Shown here: positions 54,051 to 64,000 of the stretch, piece after piece | Numbering within the stretch: position 1 is the stretch's first letter | Layout of the letters: each line of letters begins with the position of its first letter | Source: Octopus sinensis | Taxonomy: Eukaryota | Assembly: GCF_006345805.1 (NCBI RefSeq) | Contig: NC_043006.1 | Span: 34,596,001 to 34,660,000 of the forward strand | DNA: 64,000 nucleotides | Direction of reading: 5' to 3' | Made by a program: the position numbers and the translations under genes | Notes under the pieces: generated by a model | What the model was told of the DNA's origin: nothing | Databases searched by the model: none | What the model saw: only the letters and a program-made list of their open reading frames with translations

Positions 54051-54449
54051 AGTGAATTGAAGAAATAATAATATTAATATTCAATTATCCGCACCAACGC
54101 ACGGTTGCAACACCATATGGTTGTACCTCCAACCGTGCTGTCTTCTGCTGTGATTTTTGCTACCAAGGTATCGGTTAAACTTTTGATTAATCTGCAACAA
54201 GATTATTCATCTTTCTATTTCACATAATATATATATATATATATATATAATATATATATATTATATATATTATTAGTGAATTGAAGAAATAATAATATTA
54301 ATATTCAATTATCCGCACCAACGCACGGTTGCAACACCATATGTTGTACCTCCAACCGTGCTGTCTTCTGCTGTGATTTTTGCTACCAAGGTATCGGTTA
54401 AACTTTTGATTAATCTGCAACAAGATTATTCATCTTTCTATTTCACATA

Positions 54450-54503
<54 letters not shown>

Positions 54504-56638
54504 CTTCTTTCCGTTTCCGTCTACCAAATCCACTCAGAAGGCTTTGGTCAACCAGAAGCTGATACAAAATACTTGTCCAAGGTGTCACACTGTAGGACTG
54601 AACCTAGAACCATTTGGTTGGGAAGTAAGCTTCTTACCATAACAGTTTTATATTCTTATAATCAGATATTATTAGGAATTGTATAAAAAAAAATTAAAAT
54701 ATTGTGTATTGTAGACATATAGCCAATTTATTGCACATGAATTTTAACTGCAAAATCTGATGTGGATGAGAACCACTGGTCAAAGGATTAGGCAGTAAGC
54801 ACACTTCAGGTCTATCATCAAATGGATTCCAACACATCTCAACATTCTTTTATACATATCTGGCACCTTGCTGTACTCAAGAAGACCAATCCACCACAGC
54901 AGAATTGATACTGGTACTTGTGCCCCATAAAAAAACACTTGTGATAATGTCCAGCTGTAGCAACCATGCCAAAACAGATAATGAAGCCCGGTGCAGTCCC
55001 TGGCCTTACCAGATCCAGTCAAATCATCAAACCTATGCCTCTCACAATTGACATTTGAAATGATGATTTTTCAGCCACTGGTGTTGCAAATTGCCAGTGG
55101 GCTCAGTAATGAATAATTAATGACTACAGAGAAAGTATTAAGACTAAAAAGTAACCTTGATCTCCAACTGTGATATAATTCCATGAGCTTTTATGTATCA
55201 TGAATCTGCATATGAGAGGTTCTCTCAAGGTAAATAATGCAGTATTTTGTGTTCTAACACAACATCCAAGTTAAGGTGAAGATCAAGATTGCTATTGGTA
55301 TTAATATTAATGTTGCCATTGATTATTCATTATGGTATTTAATTTCATTCTTTTACTTCCTTGCTGACAACAACCCTATCTGTCATCTCCTCAAGGGTTT
55401 ATAAGTACTAGTAATATATTGGATAGGTTTGACTTTATTTGTTCTATAAGTTCATAGTCTCCATACCACTAGAATAAATCAATGGAAGTGATTAGGCAAG
55501 TGCAGTGGCTTGGAAGAATCAGGAAAGCATCAGACAAAATTCTTTGTGGTATTCAGTTGCATTTTGTGTTCAAATCCCACTAAATTTGTGGTATTGTCTC
55601 TCTCTCAGAAACCAATATTATTTATCAGGCATTAAACCATTATAGAGAAATGTTCTGCATTGGCCTCTTCTCTCATTCTTTTTCTCATCTTTTGCCCCTC
55701 ATCTGTTAATATAAAGTTACCCCCTTCCACCCAGGTTTGTAGTCTTGCAAACTGCATAAAGTCCTCAACAGTGCTGGTCTCAAGAAAAAGCACCCAGTAC
55801 ACTCTGTACGTGGTTGACATCAGGAAGGGCATCCAACCATAGAAACTGTATGAAGGTAGGCACTGAAGCACAATGCAATCTTTGGGGTCATCAAATCCTC
55901 TCAGACTGTTTAACCCTTGCCAACATGGGCATTGAATTGAAGAGGGTGTTGTTGATTTTCAAATCTGTCCATTAATTTGGTTGCAGCTATAAATCTCATA
56001 GATATTGTTAAATACTCTCAATTACACCTTCAGTATCATTCTGTAGTCATCATCATCATTTAACATCCACTTTCCATGCTGGCATGGGTTGGACGGTCTG
56101 ACTGAGGTTTGGCAAGGTTTCTACAACTGGATGCCCTTCCTAACGTCAACCACTCCTAGAGTGTAGTGGATGCCATTTACATTCCACTGGCATGGGGCTT
56201 GTCATGCAGCACTGGCATTGACCACGTTAGAATGGTGCTTTTTACATACCACTAGGATGGGAGCCAGTCAGGCAGCACTGGCATCGACCAAGCTTGAATG
56301 GTCTATGGGTTTTTAAAGGCAAAATACTCAAACATGTCATGACATGTGGTGAAATATTATAGATATATTTATTTTTCTGGCAAAGCTCAAAACCAAATTT
56401 TATGTAAATGGATATTTGTTTGACTCATTTGATTAAATCCTCTGCCACTAACCCTCACTATACCACTGCTGTTGATTTTTATCAACCCCAGGAAGAGGGG
56501 AAAATAAAATCCAAACCAATTCTGATGGGATTCAAAATCAATTTTCACTTGGTCTGTTGTGCTTTTACTTCTGTTATTTCTCTCTGCCTTAATACAATAA
56601 CTTATGATAATGATGATTACTTTTATATTTTTCTACAG

Positions 56639-56971
56639 GATCCAAAATGAAACAGGTTACAGCAACATTAGAGTCCAGGTAGATTCTGGGTCAGTCAGCA
56701 TCACCACTGGACAAGGACGCGGCCGAGAATGGACTTGGAAGCTGGGCATTCCAGAAGTTCAGTTCCATCCTGCTTCTTGTCGAGGTCTTCGCTGTTCCCG
56801 CCATGGAGAGTTGCAGTGTACCCTACAGACATCTTTACCCAACCTGCTGATGTCTCCAGCACCTCCCACCTCTTCCAACCAACTGTCTTCCCATCTGGTG
56901 GCTTCCCTTTCCAAGGGAACAGACAGTTGTAGATGTCGTATTTGTGGTAATGTTATTCTACCAGCAGAAAG
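56639..56971 (+). CDS. UBE3D: UBE3D-like coding exon 2
   Basis: Acceptor ttttctacag|G, donor AG|gtaagc, 333 nt open. Encodes IQNETGYSNIRVQVDSGSV...FHPASCRGLRCS...CRCRICGNVIL, matching UBE3D 'LVPSSCRGL' and the first CxxC. Confidence 0.88.
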
Positions 56972-59365
56972 GTAAGCTATCTTGAATTCTGCTTCCAATA
57001 GAGTTGTGGGCAAAAAGTTATCAATGAGATCTCCCTTGATGTGGTTCTTATCTCAGCAGTGCTACCACTCACTTGGGTTCACAACTGGAGATTCTCCTGT
57101 TCTGCTGCCAGTTGCAGTGGATATCTGCCTCGTGGCCTCCAAACAAGTTTGACTTTGGTCAGCCTGGGTTATAGTGGAAGATATTTGCTCAAGGTACCAT
57201 ACAGTGGAACTGAACCTGGAACTATTGGTTGGGAAGCAAACTTCCTACCACAGTCACGCTTCTGCCTACATATTCATGTACTATGTGTGTGTGTGTGTGT
57301 ATATATACACACATACGCACACTGGACCACAAACCACAGACAGTTTCTGATGAGCCTTCGGCAGAAACAATTTATATTGTTGGAGCTGTGGTTATGGATT
57401 AACCTTGTCTGTTGGTGTAAGATGACTTGAACACCAGTCAAATGAGGAATATTTTTCAGTTTCATGCCGGGTGTGTCCATGGCTAGGACTAAAGTCGACG
57501 TAGTGTTTTCTAAGACAGCCGAAGGTCACTAGTTTCGGTGAAGGAAGCAATCAATTAAAAATGATTCTGGTATTCAGCTGATAATTTAATTTCACGGCTC
57601 CTGAAGAATAAAAAGGCAGTGTTCAAACGCAGATCAGAAGAGATCTAAGGGGAATAACTATCATTGAGTTGTTTCAGAAGGGGAGATTAATCAGATCAGA
57701 TGTAAATTTCTAATTTGGTTCAGTCGTTTGATAGTAATATTCCATGATTCGTAATCTTTGGGGACTGCAAAAGGAAACTCATTTTCGTATCGTGTGGGCG
57801 TGAACTTGTTTTAAGACTGAAGGAGTTGATTCCTCTTCAAGAAGAACGCAAAGGACTGCGTTGCATCTCGCTTCACGTAATATATACAACTTGGAAATAA
57901 ATTACAGGTAGCAGCCTTTGCTTACCATAGCTCATGTCTGTCATTCTTAAAGATATTCCTGCACACGCAAGTACAGGCGTACACACGTGAACATTTATTC
58001 TGACATGTACTCAAACACGTGTGTGTGTGTGTGTGTGTGTGATTTTATTAAAAAAAATTTTTAGATATTCTTTCCATATTGATTAACCCAACTAAGAAAT
58101 CTTGTCATACAGTCACTCGACCTACAAGATGTAACAGTCAAATCTTCTCCAAATTACTATTTAAAAAAAGGGCAAGGCAGATTAGGTAGCAATCTTATTG
58201 CATCTTGATTTTTTTCACATCAGCGCAAGATTAGATTCGTATAGAAGAATTAATATTCAATTGAATCATCCTTTAATATCTTATATTTTCAGGCTTAAAA
58301 AGTTCATGAGCATATGACTTACGTCCTTCTCACCTTACAGAGTATTGGCCATCAACGACTTTTCTCAACTGTTCTTGATCCTGGGCTGTTTTTTTAAGGC
58401 CTTCCCCTCTTGGGTCTTGTTGGTTGTGAATTGTCTTGAATGCTTTTGTAACTTTATATTTTTCTAGACAAGAATCTTAGCCTTATGCAAACCTATTTTT
58501 ACTTTTGGGAATAGATTGGTCATTTTTGTGTTGCCTCTGTCCTTTAATCTGGCCAGCATGGGAGGCCCTACCAGGAGCTTATACTTTGCTAGCATAGCTT
58601 TAAGGGTCGTTGTGACACACAAGTCACTACACCAAAGCAGTGTTTGGACCTTTGAGTGGATGAGCGTTTAAGGTGCATTCCAATTTTGGCATGTCTCTTG
58701 TGTGAGGTGAGGGATTGCAGTTTAGTTAGTCTCATGGCTTTGGTCTTTGGCCCATTTACTTCTCTGTACATAACCATCCATATTTTGGTTATAATAAATT
58801 TTCATGTCCATCAATCATGAAAATTTAGACTGATGTTGATGCCAGGTACAAAGCTCTGTTAAGTGGTTGGTGTTAGGAAAGGTATCCAGCTGTAGAAACC
58901 AAGCCAAAACAGACATAGAGCTTGGTGTGACCCCTGACCTTACAGTTCCTGTCAAGCCTTCCAACCTATACCAGCATGGAAAACAGATGTTAAATGGTGA
59001 TGATAAGGCTGATAATAACTACTATAATTACACATGTATAAGCATATTTGTAATATAGTACTATAATTACACATGCATAAATTACATTTAGTTGGACAGC
59101 TCAATCAGGATTGACCTAGGGTTATATAAAAAACAGCAACAGGTATTTAAATGAACCAATAAAGAAGCCTCTATGCAATTGCTTGACATGCTAAAAATAA
59201 TAGTTAAATTTCTTTGAAATCTGTTCCTAAACATACCTGAAAAAGAAAGATTGACTGATCACTGCTAGAATGCTTTTCTTTGATCATGGATCTATTCAAC
59301 TTGTGGCTAGACAATGAGGACAGATATTCATTATTTCTTTTTCTTTTTTTTTTTATTTCCTGTAG

Positions 59366-59658
59366 AAAATTCCGAAGAGTTCTTCCCCTACCATCAGAAG
59401 CCTGGATGGAAATGTCTGGCAACCATTTCTGCCATCAACATGAAACAAGTGGTTCTTCAAAGAAGTCTAAAGCCAGTTCAGTTTCTAGTGCCACTTTGTC
59501 ACCCAAACCTGGTGACTGTCTGGTCAGTGATTTGTACTTTCTAGTGAATTCTACTGATCTCAGCCCTACGTCTCTCATCAAAAAGATGAACTCCACTCAA
59601 GTGGTGTGCAGAAGATGTCGAACAGAGCTTGGTACTTGTCTACCATCCAGTGGAGATG
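59366..59658 (+). CDS. UBE3D: UBE3D-like coding exon 3
   Basis: Acceptor tttcctgtag|A, donor G|gtgagt. Encodes KFRRVLPLPSEAWMEMSGNHFCH...LSPKPGDCLVSDLYFLVN...VVCRRCRTELG, the UBE3D/HECT_2 signature RVLPLPSExW..xCH and second CxxC. No further exon recognised in the window. Confidence 0.92.
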
Positions 59659-59783
59659 GTGAGTTAATTTCTGAGATTTTGACTACAATTTTCTCACTCT
59701 TGTCTTTCTCTTTCTCTTCTCTCTAAAATGTGTGTTTGTGTGTGTGTGTGAAATATAACTTGTCTTGAATGGCACAACAATTC

Positions 59784-60017
59784 ACTATAATACCTGTTAT
59801 AACTTAATTATTCATTGTCTGATATAATATTTGGAATATAAAAATTCCTTCAAGTATTGCTAGGAATTGATCAAGTCACTGCTGTAATTGGGTTTCCAAC
59901 GTTGGAAAACCAATTACAGCAGTGACTTGATCAATTCCTAGCAATACTTGAAGGAATTTTTATATTCCAAATATTATATCAGACAATGAATAATTAAGTT
60001 ATAACAGGTATTATAGT
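59784..60017. repeat. Spacer-less 234-bp palindrome in UBE3D intron 3
   Basis: 117-bp arms centred on CCAAC|GTTGG (59900/59901); one mismatch seen. Confidence 0.95.
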
Positions 60018-60032
60018 CCACTCATTACATTT

Positions 60033-60079
<47 letters not shown>

Positions 60080-60429
60080 CATCATCATCATTTAACATAC
60101 ATTGTCCATGCTGGCATGGGTTGGACAGCTCAATCAGTTCGTGTCAAGCCTTCCAACCCATACCAGGGCTGGCAAGCTGGAAGGTCGTATCAGACTCCAG
60201 ACTGATTTGGCATAGTTTTCTACAGCTGGATGCCCTTCCTAATGCTAACCACTCTGAGAGTGTAATGGGTGCTTTTATGTGCCATTTATGTGACACCAGT
60301 ATCTGCCATGACTGCGATTTTGCTTGGCTTGATGGGTCTTCTTCTCAAGCACGACATAATAGCAAAGGTCTTGGTCATTGCCTAGGAACTCAGCCACTTT
60401 GCCTCTGTGAGGCCCAACACTTGATATAT

Positions 60430-60477
<48 letters not shown>

Positions 60478-61509
60478 TATACACTTTGTTTTTATGTCAA
60501 ATTATTTATAAAAACAATTCAAGATTAAACTGAAAAATTACTGAATACTTGTAGGTAGAGTACAGGATTATTAAACTTCTCCAAGAGGTATGGTGAGAGT
60601 GACTTATATATACCTTGGTCTTTTGCCACTTACTCGCACTCCCTTTGCAATATCTTGCCTCTTATATAATGGCATTTGAACCTCAAAGGTATGCCCTGGT
60701 ACTTGCCACCATCTACATCTCTCTCTTGCGTGTTTGTAGGGTGTGGGTTGGTAGAAAGTTATTGTTGGAAGATTTTGTTAGCTTGAAGTTGGAGTTGTGT
60801 TATTGTTTATATATGTATGTGTATGTATACACACACACGTATATGGAAGGGCATCCAGCTGTAGAAACCTTGCCACAACACACAAATGGAGTTTGGTCAA
60901 CATGGAAAGCAGACTTTAAATGATGATGATGCATATATCAACAAATACACATGGTCAGGGAGAAAATTAGCTCAAAGAAGCAATCTGCATGTTTTTGTAG
61001 TTGACACGAGTGTTTCACTTATCAGAATATAATAGACGACATACTTCTTTCAACTGATATTATCCTTGCAATTTGAAAGTGCAGGGGTTCAAATCTAGAG
61101 GAGAAAAGTTAAAAAAAAAAAAAAAAAAAATAGCGAGGGACATGCAGTATCAGTCCATCCAGCTGTATTATTCTGGAAAATTAAGGCAAGAAGTTATGTC
61201 CCTTGCTTCATGTTTTTTTAAATTTGAACACATCCTAAGGACATTTTTGCTTCCTAATTGCAAAACAGTCTTAGTTGATTGAAAGGTTCACATACATACT
61301 TTTTGTCTTCCATTTTACCTTTGCTGCATGCTTCAGACAGCTAACTGCAGCAGATTTCTATGGCTGGTACCATCCATTATCTGTTTCCAAGCATAATACT
61401 TCTTCATGACTAACACATGTTTTCACAGAATTTTGGAAATGAATGATAATCATTTACACCTATCATACGATGTCAAGACAAGGCAACACAAAAGTACACA
61501 CCCTCACAT

Positions 61510-62959
61510 GTGCACTCTATATTAACTAGGAAAATAGTTTTTATCTGTGGCAGATGCTCAGGAGCAATAAACTCTGAAAATATGCAGAGACCAACTTCTA
61601 CCACGTTCCAGGGAGAAAAACTAGAAGTAGTTGATAGCTTCCGCTACCTAGGTGACCAAGTCAGTAGCGGGGGAGGGTGTGCTGAAAGTGTAACTGCTAG
61701 AGTAAGAATAGCCTGGGCAAAGTTTAGAGAGCTCTTACCCCTGCTGGTGACAAAAGGCCTCTCGCTCAAAGTAAAAGGCAGACTGTATGATGCATGTGTA
61801 CGTACAGCCATGCTACATGGTAGTGAAACTTGGGCTGTGACTGCTGAGGATTTGCGTAAGCTCGCAAGAAATGAGGCTAGTATGCTCCGATGGATGTGTA
61901 ACGTCAGTGTTCATAATCGACAGAGTGTAAGTACCTTGAGAGAAAAGTTGAACCTACGAAGCATCAGTTGTTGTGTGCAAGAGAGACGTTTGCGCTGGTA
62001 TGGTCATGTGATGAGAATGGCTGAAGATAGTTGTGTGCGAAAGTGCCACACCCTGGCAGTTGAGGGGACCTGTGGAAGAGGTGGACCCAGGAAAACCTGG
62101 GTCGAGGTGGTGAAGCATGACCTTCGAACTTTAGGTCTCACCAAGGAAATGACCAGAGACCGAGACCTTTGGAAGTATGCTGTGCGTGAGAAAACCCGGC
62201 AAGACCAGTGAGAACAGTCAAAATCAAAATCAAACCAAATCAATTCATATATCAGAAAGCAGAACCAAATTGAGGTCGATCAACATCAGTGGGAATTGCA
62301 GCTGTGGTTAAGCGAACCATCCGATCATGGTCGTTGCTGGCGCCGCCCCGTCTAGCCTCCGTGTCAGTGGCACGTAGAAGCACCAACCGTTCGTGTCCGT
62401 TGCCAGCCTCGCCTGGCCCCCGTGCAGGTGACACGTAAAAGTACCATCCGTTCGTGGCCGTTTGCCAGCTCTGTCTGGCCCCCGTGCCGGTGACACGTAA
62501 AAGCACCATCCGTTCGTGGCCGTTTGCCAGCCCTGTCTGGCCCCCGTGTCAGTGGCATGTAAAAGCACCATCCATTCGTGTCCGTTGCCAGCCTCGCCTG
62601 GCCCCCGTGCCGGTGACACGTAAAAGCACCATCCATTTCGTGTCCGTTTGCCAGCTCTGTCTGGCCCCCGTGTTGGTGGCACGTAAAAGCACCATCCATT
62701 GCCAGCCTCGCCTGGCCCCCGTGCCGGTGAATGTAAAAGCACCATCCGTTCGTGGCCGTTTGCCAGCTCTGTCTGGCACCTGTGCGGGTGGCACGTAAAA
62801 AGCACCCACTACACTCACGGAGTGGTTGGTGTTAGGAAAGGCATCCAGCCGTAGAAACACTGCCAGATCTGACTGGGCCTGATGAAGCCTTCCACCTTCA
62901 CAGACCCCAGTTGAACCGTCCAACCCATGCTAGCATGGAAAACGGACGCTAAATGATGA

Positions 62960-62962
<3 letters not shown>
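61510..62962 (+). mobile_element. 5'-truncated RTE-clade LINE with intact C-terminal ORF and full 3' UTR
   Basis: ORF 61510-62211 with FRYLGDQV, RVRIAWAKFREL, LYDACVRTAMLHGSETW, RRLRWYGHVMR, GRGGPRKTW. 3' UTR carries a ~60-bp minisatellite and ends in (GAT)n. Confidence 0.93.
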
Positions 62963-63000
<38 letters not shown>

Positions 63001-63831
63001 GATCGTTAGCCACTACACGCATTTTTTTCTCTCTTGTTTCTTCTGTGTACCTTTCTGTAGAAGATCGTAGGCTCGAAACGTAAAAGACTTTTTCTATTCC
63101 TGAGCGTTATACTAATACATCTGTTTGTTTTGTACACCACCTGTCTTCGTCTTTTGTTTTTTTCATAAACTCTCCCCATATATATACACACTCACAGGCA
63201 CACACACGATAATATTCTTTCAGTTTCCATTTACCAAATCCAGCCACAAAACTTTGGTCATTCCAGAGCTACACTGAAGGCACTTGTTCAAAGTGTCATG
63301 CTGTGAGACTGAACTTGAAAATACGAGATTGAGAAGCAGGCTTCTTAACCATGCAGTCATGCCTTGTGTGTGTGTATGCATGTATGTGTGAGCACGCCCA
63401 CACACACACAAGTATGTCAATAAGTGACGCTATCATAATAACAGAAGAGGTTAGGAATTGTGAAATGGCTGTAATCTAGAATTGGACTTGAATCACAAAC
63501 TTTGGTCATCAAGTGTTCAGAATTTATCTGGCCATGTGACTAAAGAGTTTGTTTAATAATAATGGGGTTCCCTTTTTTCATATCACCACTCAATATTTTG
63601 ATCTATCATAGCCCTATGTTGACCCATTATTATTGTTAAGGCAGGGTGAACTGGAAGAGTTGTTAGCACACTGGACAAAATACTAAGCTGTATTTCACCT
63701 GTTGCGTTCTGAGGTCAAATTTACCTTTCAGGCTCGATAAAATAAATACCAGTTGAGTACTGGGGTCAATGTAGTCAACTATCCCCTCCCCCAAATTTTA
63801 GGCCTTGTGCCTATAATAGAAAGGATTATTA

Positions 63832-64000
63832 TTACCTCCGCGGAGGTATTGTTTTCAGTTGTGTTTGTTTGTTTGTCTGTGGACTAGACATCTCAAGAAC
63901 CACTGGATGGATTCAGATGAAACTTTCAGAGATGTTTGGCCTTGTGACTGGCATGAACCGATTAGGACAAGGATTCTGGATTATATTTCTGATTTCTTTT
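63832..64000 (+). mobile_element. Second copy of the HINE-like element, cut by the window end
   Basis: TTACCTCCGCGGAGGTATTGTTTTCAG...GGATGGATTCAGATGAAACTTTCAG is homologous to 50746-50880. Confidence 0.6.

Noticed and set aside
61130-61230. Possible UBE3D exon 4 (QYQSIQLYYSGKLRQEV...)
   Set aside because: The preceding AG follows a poly-A rather than a pyrimidine tract, and there is no recognisable UBE3D motif; later exons probably lie beyond the window.
62340-62800. CRISPR-like regularly spaced repeats (also 18005-18230)
   Set aside because: The 'spacers' are themselves alternating repeats, the array lies in a LINE 3' UTR, the DNA is eukaryotic and no cas genes are present.

Overview
AT-rich, repeat-saturated animal genomic DNA. 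The SINE/RTE families and giant (TA)n/(CA)n arrays suggest a cephalopod, probably octopus (inference). Almost all entries in the ORF track are microsatellite or repeat artefacts. Supported content: (1) the first three coding exons of a UBE3D (E3 ubiquitin ligase E3D) orthologue on + (52789-52952, 56639-56971, 59366-59658; in-frame GT-AG splicing); (2) a divergent, unidentified minus-strand gene suggested by a YY1-motif first exon near 24.5 kb and a few candidate exons; (3) a young, full-length 4.5-kb Ty3/Gypsy element with near-identical LTRs, 5-bp TSD, tRNA-Leu PBS and frameshifted pol; (4) RTE LINE fragments, a Tc1/mariner derivative, hAT and Tc2/pogo-like MITEs, non-autonomous Helitron/Helentron-like elements, Penelope-like remnants and many SINEs. 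The most unusual structures are a 3.2-kb foldback element with ~99% identical 1.3-kb arms carrying a mirrored RTE insertion inside diverged outer TIRs, a spacer-less 234-bp palindrome in a UBE3D intron, a PHD finger embedded in the RTE protein, and degenerate hammerhead-ribozyme motifs. No prokaryotic-type system or CRISPR array is present.
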